This document shows, in pieces, positions 1 to 9,900 of a stretch of 64,000 bases of DNA. Source of the DNA: Lama glama (taxonomy: Eukaryota); contig CM052842.1 in the NCBI GenBank assembly GCA_028534125.1, positions 992,001-1,056,000 of the forward strand, read 5' to 3'. Made by a program: the position numbers and the translations under genes. Position 1 is the first letter of the stretch; each line of letters begins with the position of its first letter. The notes beneath the pieces are model-generated. The model was not told the origin of the DNA. It saw only the letters and a list, made by a program, of their open reading frames with translations, and did no database searches.

Positions 1-667
1 GGATGGGGGCCTGGGAGGGGGCTTCTGGCTGTGTGCAGGAAGGAGTCAGTGCCCTCGAGAGCTCTAAGGAAGAGGAAGCTCCCTGCAATGGGGTGCCTCC
101 ACCCACCCAGTGTGAGGGGCTGGCACCCGGCCAGGCACTGCTGGGAACTGGGCAGTGGCCTGCCAGCCTTTGCCCTGGGAGGAGCAGGTCATTAAGATCC
201 TGGGGATAACCAGGAGAGTGCGGCAGGCGCAGGGAGCACTGAGACACCTTAGAGGAGATATGAAAGTGAACTTAGGGAAAGGAGGGAGGAGGGAGGTAGC
301 TGGGAGCCAGGCAGGGGACAGCAGAGACCAGGACCGCATGAGACCGTGGTGAGGGGAAGTCGTCAGAGGAACCCACCTATGCTCCATAAGAGGGCCCCAT
401 GTTCCCCACCCAGCCCCAGACCATCAGGACACAGGGGCATGCAGGGCCCGGGATCACAGGGCTGTGGGCCGCGGGCTTGGCTGGATCTGCGATGGGGATG
501 GTGCAGCCAGGACTGGCTCCACCCTGTGCCCTCCTCCGGTAACAGTTCGCGGGAGGGGGGCGGCTCCCAGGCTGCTGGGAAGTCGGTGCCCGGGATGCCA
601 CACCCTGCGCCACCTCCCCCATCCTGCCTGCATTCTGCCCTTGCCCTGCCCGCCCTGCCACCCAGAA

Positions 668-686
668 GCCCCTGCAGGTGGCGCCC
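668..686 (+). promoter_or_regulatory. Candidate CTCF site
   Basis: CCTGCAGGTGGCGC at 671-684 is one mismatch from the CTCF core CCASYAGRKGGCRC. Motif match only. Confidence 0.4.
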
Positions 687-1174
687 CGGAGCGCCCTGTG
701 TGTCAGAGCACCACTCGGCTGGGAGTGAACGCCCAGCTGCGCTGATGAATGCTGAGCGCTTGGAAGTCCTAGGGGCCCTTTCCTCTGAGGCGTGCGTGCT
801 CAGGAAGAAGGCTGCTTGGGGTAGTGTAGAGAAAAAGAGCAAAAGAGCTGGTGTGGGAGAAGCGGGGTGAGCAGAGGGGGGTGAGGGGGAGTGGAGAAAA
901 CGGCCCTGGCAGGGAAGAGAGGGAAAGGCCCTTGAAAACGGCCTTCCAATAACGGGGATGTCTGATCCTCAGCAATTGTGTGCTGCATGTGCAAACGGAA
1001 GTCCTTTCTGTGGCCCCAGACCTGCACTTGGGGAGCCCCTCGGGGAAGAGAGAAGCCTGGCAGAGGGCAGACTGCAGGGAGCAAGAACGGAGCCCTTGAG
1101 GAGGGATGGCCAGGAAGTAGTTGGCCCAGGTTGCCAAGGAGACTGGGGAGGGGGTGGCTATGCTGCCAGACTGG

Positions 1175-1300
1175 GGATGTGAGACTGACCTGCTCTGTGT
1201 TGGTCTCCTCATCCCTAGGACAGAAATGACACTTGAGAGGGTGGCTGTCAAGAGTCACTGCACGAATGTGTGTTAACACCACAGCGGGGCCTGGCATGCT
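1175..1300 (+). mobile_element. Degenerate MIR SINE fragment
   Basis: ctctgtgttggtctcctcatcc...gtgtgttaacaccacagcggggcctggcatg resembles the MIR core and 3' end. Confidence 0.45.
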
Positions 1301-1764
1301 GTATGGGCTAAAAGCATACTCAATATTTTTGTCCCGTGTATGCAAAGAACTCAGAACCTGGTATTTCCGTTCATAAGGCCTTGCATGTGATTCATTATTT
1401 CCTTTGGGGGAATCCCAAAAAGTGCATTTCCTCAAAAGGTATTCAGGGTCTTGGCACATATTGCAAATCGCCCTTCAGGAAGGCTATGCCAACGCTCAAA
1501 AAGTGAGTAGTGAAGTGACTCTCCGCCCCCAACACTGTGAAGGCAGATTGTTTTAATCGTTGCCAGCTTGATGGGTGTCAAAGAGTTTTAAGCGTAACTG
1601 TCAAGATCAGTTTTAGTGACTTACCCGTGGCAGCACTTACATGCCATTTAGTTTCACAGCTCCAGGAGACGAATCCACAAACCTTGTCTCCCGTCCGCCA
1701 CCCCAGGACTGAAGTCCAAGAGCAGAGAGCTTGCCGAGCACCAAAGCCAATAGGTTCTGTGCTA

Positions 1765-2110
1765 CACCCATGTGCTGTTCTAAGAAATCACCCCAAAACT
1801 TAGTGGCAGAAACAACATCTGCTGGTTTGCTCATAATTCTATGAATTTCTTTAAATTATAACACTTAGGCTCATCTCTGCTCCACGTGCTATCACCTGGG
1901 TTCACTGACTTTGTGACTAGCTGGCAACCAATGGCCTCATGTGTTTGGCAGATGGCTGACTGTCAAGAGGGTCAGTGGTATTAACTGAGCACATGCTGTC
2001 CATCTTCCAGCAGGCCAACCCTGACTCATTCATAAAGGGATGGTTGCAAGATTCTCAGGAGAAGCAAGACAAGTCCAAAGAAGTGCTTTTCAAGATCCCT
2101 AGTGGGAAAT
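1765..2110 (-). mobile_element. MLT1-type (ERVL-MaLR) LTR remnant
   Basis: tgctgttctaagaaatcaccccaaaacttagtggc and gctcatctctgctccacgtg are typical of MLT1 LTRs in reverse orientation. Confidence 0.65.
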
Positions 2111-2663
2111 GCCATTTCACTCATTCTCTGAGAACTCCCCTACCCCACCCTCAGAGATGTGCCAAGTCTTCCAAGGCGCAAGGATCTTACACAGTGTTCA
2201 GGTGTTAGGGCCGGGCCCATGGCTCACTAGGTCTCACAGCCTGAGTGCAGGGGGCCATTCTATTGCCTGGTCTTCCCAGCCTGGTGCCACCACTGTGGAA
2301 GAAGCCCCAGGGTGCCTCCTGATGTATGTGAAGTGGAGTAACACTAACCCCTAGGGCAGGTTCAAGTGCTAATCTGGGAGGCTGCCTGTGGCTGCATCTT
2401 CACCTGCAGGAGACACAGTGCACGTGACCCTTCGCCTCATTGCTGGCATATGCTATGAACCTACAGTTTTTATTATTTTTGCTGTAACTATTTGTCTTTT
2501 AGAGAAAATAAGAAGTGAGTTTTTTTTAATTACTAACGTATTTCCCATTTCCTGTTCTCTTTCTTCATGTAGGTGTTTCCGTATTGTACTCTTTCCTTTC
2601 ACCCTGAAGAATTCCTCTTAACATTTCCTGTTGTTCAGGTCTGTGGCAGACACATTCTGTCCA

Positions 2664-3295
2664 TTTTTTTATTGGGTAAAAATATACAACATATAAGTTG
2701 TCATATAAGCATTTTTAAGAGTCCAACTCAATGGCATTAAGTACATTCACAGTGTTGTGCAACGATTACCACTGTTTATTTAGGGAACTTTTTCCTCAAA
2801 CAGAAACTGTCCCCATTAAGCATTAATTCCTCATTTTTCCTTCCATCAGCCCTTGGTAACCTCTAATCTACTGTCTCTCTGTATATATTTGCCTATTCTA
2901 GACATCTCATGTAAGTGGAAGCTTACCATATTTGTCCTTTTGTGATTGGTTCATCTCACTTAGCATAGTGTTTTTGAGGGTCATCCACGCTGTAGCATGG
3001 GTCAGTACTACATTTCTTTTCAAGGCTAAATCCTGTTCCATTGTACGGATATAGACTGTTTATCCACTCATCCTCATGGACACTTGGGCTATTTCCACCC
3101 TTTGGCTATCGCGAATAACGCTTCATCCAAAACTGACGTACAAGTATGTTTGAGTCATTTTCTCACTTCTTCAGGAAATATGCCTGGAAGTGGAGTTGCT
3201 GGGTCAAACCGTAATTCTACTTTTAACTTTCTGAGGAGCCACCAGACCGTTCCCCACAGCGGCCATACAATTTTACACCCCTCAGCAGTGTACAG
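2664..3295 (-). mobile_element. Old L1 (L1M) 3' fragment: ORF2 C-terminus and 3' UTR
   Basis: Minus-strand peptide PLWGTVWWLLRKLKVELRFDPATPLPGIFPEE resembles the L1 ORF2p C-terminus; ggcattaagtacattcacagtgttgtgcaac is an L1M 3' UTR signature; T-tract at the left end. Confidence 0.85.
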
Positions 3296-3653
3296 GGGTT
3301 TACACACCTGTTTTTGTACCTGTTTCCACGAATAAACCAAAACATCTCACGTTTTCAGAGGTTAACAAGTCTCTGCAGGGCCTCCTCGTTCTGGGACGTC
3401 TCCTGTCCTGGCCCGCGCAACTGCAACAGAGCCCCTGGGGCCCTCGTGCCACCAGGCCGCCCCCGCGGAGCCCCCAGAACTTAACACTACGCGGAAGGAA
3501 CGGAGCTGCGGCGCGGGTGGAGTCTGGGGCTCGGTCCCCCGCACAGTTCTGCAAGGAACGAGAGCCCGTGGCGGAAAGGCGAGCCCAGCTCTCCAGGGCC
3601 GGAACCACCAGACGCAACGCCCCCTCCGCAGGCGCGGAGATGCGCCCTGCGGG

Positions 3654-3722
3654 CGCTCTGTAGTGATCGTACCCCCCGACCTTCGCTCTGCAGCGATCGT
3701 ACCCCCCCGACCTTCGCTCTGC
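3654..3722. repeat. ~30-bp tandem duplication in the promoter (about 2.3 copies)
   Basis: gatcgtaccccccgaccttcgctctgc at 3665-3691 recurs at 3695-3722 with one extra C; partial unit cgctctgtagt precedes it. Confidence 0.9.
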
Positions 3723-3928
3723 GCGTGCGTGGCCCCGCCTCCCCGGACCTTGCCAGGGAGACGGCGCAACTTCCATCCCTCCCCCATCATCCCCTGCAGC
3801 CGGGCAGTCGCCCGGGCCTCGCCGCAGTGCGCAGTCTCGGCTCCTCCCCCGCTCCGCCCCGCCCGCGGGGAAACGGTCGCTCGGCGATGACGTCGCGGGG
3901 GCCTGGCCGGGCGTCGCGGACTCCAGAG

Positions 3929-3974
3929 ATGGAGGAAAAGGAGCAATTACGGCGGCAGATCCGCCTCCTGCAGG
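3929..3974 (+). CDS. ZC3H3: ZC3H3 exon 1, coding part (MEEKEQLRRQIRLLQ-G)
   Basis: ATG at 3929 in strong Kozak context (gagATGG); donor CAGG|gtgggt at 3975; phase 1 fits exon 2. Confidence 0.95.
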
Positions 3975-6900
3975 GTGGGTCGGGCCGGGCTCGGGTCGCA
4001 CGTCCCCTTCTTTCCCTTCACCTCACAGCGGGCCCCCGTCCACCTCCCCGAGGGGGGTTGCTCTCCACCTGCGGTCTCGGCGGCTAGGTCGGGTCGGGTA
4101 GGGAGATAAGGTGGGGTCCGGCTGGGGCTAGGGAACCCGGAGGGTCTTTCGGACCGGCCAGGGAGAGCCGTCGCTCGGTTTCGTCCCGCGGAAGGTACGG
4201 GCGTTTCCCACGCTGCGGCAGGTGGCCGCGGAGCGGTCGCTTAGTAACCGGCGGGAGGCGGTTCCCCGCCCCCCCCCCCGCCCACCGGCGAGCAGGTCCT
4301 CTGCGCCCCTTTCCTCCCTCCCGGCGCCTGACCGTGGCGCGGAGGGCTGGTCCCTGGCGCTGCCGGGCATGGCGCACTCGGGGGCTGGCGTGTGTATTTC
4401 TTCCCTGGACACCCCGTTTTGACGCTCTTCTCTCCGTACAGCCACACTCTCCTTCATGTTCTGGGCCCAGATTCCCCAGGCGTCAGTTTCCAAACTTTGC
4501 AATTTTTTGACTCAAGTTGGCTTTCTATCCTTAAAAAAAAAATCTACTTTTAGTTATTCCCACAAAGACTTAAGGACTTGGAAAGTGTGTATGGGGGAGT
4601 CCAGGAGGGCTGAACCCGCCTTCCTACCGCTTCCTGAATCTCCATCATACCTGCCCTGATGTGTCACCAGGTCTGGATATGGCTCTCTTTGGGCCTGGGG
4701 GCGGGACCTGTGGTTGGGGAATGTTATAACTTGGGGGTTGGCTACTGGTTTGTTGACTGAGTTGTAACAGCTCCGATTGTTCCAGCCGAGGCCTTTGCCC
4801 CACCTGCACCAGGACAGCTGTCCAGGGGCTTCCCTGGAAAGGCCCCATGGTGGTCCACTGTGCTGGGGCTCCAGCTGGCCAGGCCTCTCCTCTCCTTAGG
4901 GGAGGGTGCTGTGACATTCTTGTCAAGTGGGGAGTGCCCAGAGGCATCAGTTATCTTACAGTCACCAGTCTGTGTGCCAGGCAGGGAGGTCATTAAGGTG
5001 CAATCCTGCGCCCTTTCTGTCCATGGGCAAGCCAGAGGGCCTCCATGACCGCCTGGACCCCTTCTTGTCAAGGCATTGCAGCATGGGGCCTTGCTGGTCT
5101 CTTCATATTGAGTGATATGTCCCCTCAAAGTGTTGTGGACCCAGTGTTGTATTCTCAGCAAATGGGAAATACTGTGCTGCAGATGTGCATTTTAAGGACA
5201 AGCAGGCAGAAATAGGACTGAAGTAGAACCGACAGGAAAAGCCTCATGGAAAAGATTGGCCGTGAGAGTTTGGGCTGAACTGTCAGTGGTTCTTAGGCCC
5301 TGGGGCTGCTCCTCCTGCACTGGAACCTGGCAGGGTCCAGTGGGGTCTGCAGGGTGTCTTGTCAGCGGATGCCCCTCTTGGGGATTCTTGCTGGTTTTAC
5401 TTACTCTCTGGTTAACTAAGCCTGTGTTTCTCTCTTCTCAGGTCTGATTGACGACTACAAAAACCTCCATGGCAGTGCCTCTGCCCCAGGCACCTTCACC
5501 GCTCCCCAGTGGCAGCCACCCACTTACAACAGCAGCAGGGCCTTTAGTGCCCGCTACCCTCGCCCGAACCAGAGGGGTTTCTCCCTGAACCATGGGCCTA
5601 CGTGGCGCAAGAAATACTCCCTGGTGAATCGGCCCCTGGCATCCTCGGACCCATCTGGCGACTGTGCTGCGCAGCCATCCCTTGGGGCTGGGGGCAGCCA
5701 GGGTTCCGAACCCCAGCAGTATGTCTTGGAGAGGCAGGTCCAGCTCAGTCCAGATCAGAACATGGTCATCAAGATAGAACCACCATCAGAGCCGGGTTCA
5801 GCCAGCGCTGCGGGGGTCTTGAGGGGCTTCGTGGATGGATATGAACACAGACCTCAGGGAGGTGAGGGTGAGCCCCCTGGTGGGCAGCGGCAGCTCTCTA
5901 GGCCAAGCAGAGCCAAAGGGAGCTACAGTGCCGAGGACCCCCTTCTGGTCTGCCAGAAGGAGCCTGGCAAGCCCCGGGTGGTGAAGTCTATGAGCAGCGT
6001 GAGCGACAGCCCCTCGGAGCCCCGGCGGACGGTCAGCGAGAGCGCGATTGCGGTCAAGGCCTGCTGCCTGCCCTCCAGCCTGCCCCAGCGGGGCTGCTTG
6101 GCCCTGGGCCGGAAGGTGGGCTCCCACTCTGTGGCCAGCTCTGTCACACAGCTCCTTGGGGACGGGAGAGCAAACGCTGGCTGCTCAGATCAGTCAGCTG
6201 CCTCTGGCTTGGTGACAGGCCCAGCGAGACCAGCTGCTGGACCCAGACAGACCCGGGAACCCTCGCTGCTCGTGTCCTGTCGAACCAACAAGTTCCGGAA
6301 AAACAACTACAAGTGGGTGGCTGCCTCGGCGAAGAGTCCCCGGGCCCCTCGGAGGGCCCTCAGTCCAAGAGCAGCAGCAGAGAATGTGTGCCAGGCTCCC
6401 TTTGCCACAGCAGAGCGGGTGGAGAAGCTGCAGCTCAGTGCCGACCTAGATGCCAAGCCCAGGAGGTCGGCTGTGTCCTCCATGCCTGGGGCGGCGCCCA
6501 GCAAGTACAAGTGGAAGGCCTCCAGCCCCTCGGCCTCCTCCTCGTCGTCCTTCCATTGGCAGTCAGAGGCTGGCAGCAAGGACCATGCCTTCCAGCTCTC
6601 CCCAGTCCCGTCTAGGTCCCCGCCGGGGGACCGACTAGCAGTCGGACACAGCAGCTTGAAGCCTGTCTTCAGTGAGACCCCGCTCTCAGCATACAAAGTG
6701 AAGAGCCGCACCAAGATCATCAGGCGGCGGGGGGGTGCTGGGTATGTGTCCCTGCCACCACCCCTGGTCTTGTCTGAGTAGGCAGGGTGGGGAGTGTGCT
6801 GGCCAGGCAGGCTCCCTGCTTGATATGTAGAGCAGGTGGGAGCTGGGAGGGCCCACCTGCAGAGGTGAGGGGTAGGAAGGAAGCATCGCCCTTATGGGGC

Positions 6901-9900
6901 CCACGGTGTGGTGTTAACATATCTGGTAGGGATGAGGCCAGGGTTCCTGCTGTTCCTTACAGCTGAGTGAGGGGGGCTCAGCATGGCTAGGGGCTGCTTG
7001 CCTGGGGCCGCCAGCCAGGCGGGAACAGGTGGAGGTGGTGCCAGCAAGCCTACTGTTTGTCCTGTTGGTGAGAGACTAGAGGCTGCCGGGCTGGCTTCCT
7101 TCCTGGGACCCTGGGGGCTGTGGACGGACTGCTTTGTGCTCGGGCCAGGAGCTCGGCAAGCAGACCCGGCTGCAGTGCACCTGCAGGAGTCGTCTTTCCT
7201 CTAGGGAGGAAGGCTGCCCCTTGGCAGCCAGGGGACAGGGTGAGTCATTGCCTCACTGAATGCCTGTCGCCTTTCCCACTCTCCGCATTCTCAGATCTTG
7301 AGGAGGCTGGAAGATGGAGTCACGGCCTGGTGCTCAGTCTGGGGTCAGGGACTCAATTGAGGTTGCTGCTAATGGCGGGGTCAGAGGGCCTGCCTGTGCC
7401 TTCAGACATGGTGACACTCGCCATCCTCCCAGCGAGTCCCACTCCAGGGTCCTTCCTGCTGTCTGGCCTTGATCTTGGGCCCTTCCTCCCAGACAGGTGC
7501 TGGCTTGGATTACTCGGGCTGTTTGCTTTTTCTGGCCAGTGGTCTATTTCAGTGAGGGTGGAAGGGGAGCCACGAGAGGGAGCCCCTCCTCCGGAGAGGG
7601 CAGGGGCGGCTGGGGGCAGCTCCACCTCGGATGGTGCCTGCCTCCTTTGCTCCTCCTCCAGGTCTGCTCAGGTTGGTGCTCATGTGGCTTGGGGAGGTGG
7701 AGGAGATGGCTGTGGACACGTCGAGTGGGCTCATGGGCTGCTGCCCTGTGCTCGCTGGTGCTGAGGTGGGGTGGGAGGGAGCAGCTGTCCTACAGCTGCT
7801 GAGGCTGAGTGGGTGGGAAAGCCAAGGGGGCAGGGCTGGAACCTGGGGGCAGCGGGGGAATGGCGGGGTGGGAGGAGAGGGGCTTGGCTGCCTCTCGGGG
7901 CTGCTTCTATGGCTCTGGGACCTGGGTGGTTAAGGTTGGGTGTGGGGAGCCACCCGCTGGGGGAGCCTGCTGAGAGCTGCCTGCCCTGTGTTTCTGCAGC
8001 CTTCCTGGGGACAAGAAGAGCAGCCCGCCACCTGCTGCAGCGGCCAAGAGTCAGTTCAGCCTGCGGCGGAGGCAGGCCCTCCGGGGGAAGAGCAGCCCCA
8101 TTCTGAAGAAGACACCCAACAAGGGCCTGATGCAGGTCACCAGGCACCGGCTGTGCGGCCTGCCTGCCAGCCGGACCCAGCTCCCTGCTGCCAAGGAAGG
8201 TACGACCACTGGGAGGAGGGGATCTGGGGAGTTGCCCGAGAGGGTCTGCGCTGGTCCTGCCCTCCTCTCGGAGTGCTCAGCCTGGGCAGTGGAGGGCAGG
8301 AAGGGCCGGGCTGGGCAGGGGTTGGGGTGGGGTTCTGTGCCCTGCACTCTGACTAGGGAAGATGCTCCAGGCAGGCTCCTGGAGGCCTTTTCAGCACATC
8401 CCTCCGTGTCCTGTCCCTGGGAAGTGGGTGAGACCTGGAGGGGGGAGGGGCGTGACTGGTGCCACCTGGGCTGCAGGTCAACCATCCCCTCCCTGTCGGC
8501 TCCTGCCTCTTCCTGGGGAAGCCTGAGCTGGCCTGGGAGGGGTGGGCTTTTCCCTCTTTTCGAGTGGTTGGTGTCCAGGAGAGAGGTGGGGAGCATTGTG
8601 GGCATGGTGCCCAACAAGGGTGGCTCCCCACTGTGAGGTGATGACAATGCCCTGAAGGAGAGCCAGGATTCCTGCAGGCGCACCTGGCCCTGGCGTGGCC
8701 CCTTTGGGCAGTGGGGGAATGAGTGGCCATGACTCCCAGGTGGCCACGTGTGGATCTCGAGGTGATAGGGGTTTGGGGCTGAGCAGGCCCTGAGAGCCCA
8801 GTTGAAGGCGCTGTCCTTGGCCCAGCCAGGAGGCTTTCAAGGCTGGGTGCCTTGGGCAGAGCTGAGCATCTATGCGGGGAGCCATGAGAGGGTGGTCCCA
8901 GGCAGAGGGCTGATCAGGGCACAGGGGAGACATGAGGAAGTGAGGCCGGAGGGCACCGGCTGCCACCTGCCCTCCTTTGGCCCGTGTGTCATGGCAGGTG
9001 TAGATTTCATCCCAGGTGACAGAGCGCAGGGAGCCTGACTGACGGTCCCTGCTGGCCAGCAAGGTGCCTGGATCAGGGGTTGGGCCTTGGCTGCAGGACT
9101 GACTGGGAGTGAAGAGGTCGAAGGTGACCGACCTATAGCCAGGCTGCCTCGATTGAATGGATTGGATGGGTTGAGAGACTGGTGGCGGCGGCTGAGCCCC
9201 CGGGGAGTTTGGGGGCAGGTGGAGGGTTCAGGTGGCCTCTTGAGGCATCTGGGAGAGAGGCCAGAAGACGGTGTCTATGGACATTGGGTCTCTGTGGGGA
9301 CTCAGAGCCCCTGTTCAGATCCTCTCCATCACAATGTTGTCTCAGCCGCCAGAGGCTGGATGTGCAGAGAAGCTGCAGATGGAGATCTGTCCCCACAGAT
9401 GAGGTGCCACATGGGGCTGGCAGCGTGCAGGCAGTGGCGGTGCTCAGGGCTGGCTGTGGGAGGTGGAAGTGGCCGTAGGCCTCTGCACATCCTGTCCAGG
9501 TGCTGGAGGTCCAGGAGGCCCGGGGCAGGGGTTCGGGGTCCCCTCCTGAACTCCTGTGGCCGGCGTTCCAGCTGGTCAGTGAAAAACAGACGTTTAGGGT
9601 GGCTGGCCGTGAGGAGGGTGTGTTGGGGTGAAGGGAGTCGGGGCAGCCAGGCAGGGCGCCTCGTGGAGGCGGTATTTCAGCAAGACGACGGGTGTGGTAA
9701 GAGGTGGCTCGTGGGAGGAGCTCCCAGGCAGGGCAGCGTGCTGGGGAGGCCCAAGGCCCTGTCCCTCCTCCTCGGGCCCTGCCTGGCCCCAGTGCTCTCT
9801 GGGGGGCGGAGTTCCTCAAGTGCTGTTGGCGTCTGCCGGGCATCAGGCCTCCATGCTGGGCCTGGAAGCGTGTGTTTGCAGAGCACCTGCTGGGTCGGGT

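Larger units (their letters stand above)
3400..4430. promoter_or_regulatory. CpG island and TATA-less promoter of ZC3H3
   Basis: Sharp rise in CpG density around exon 1; overlapping GC boxes CCGCCCCGCCC at 3854-3864; CRE-like TGACGTCG at 3888-3895; no TATA box seen. Confidence 0.88.

Noticed and set aside
1-1150. Exons of an upstream neighbouring gene such as GSDMD
   Set aside because: No translation on either strand resembles a gasdermin or other protein I recognise.
3654-3722. CRISPR-like direct repeats
   Set aside because: Only two adjacent copies without spacers, in mammalian DNA with no cas genes; a simple tandem duplication.
6742-6781. Exon 2 read-through ending YVSLPPPLVLSE-stop (end of ORF 5624..6781)
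   Set aside because: This is intron sequence after a good gtatgt donor; I saw no nearby poly(A) signal to support a terminal exon.
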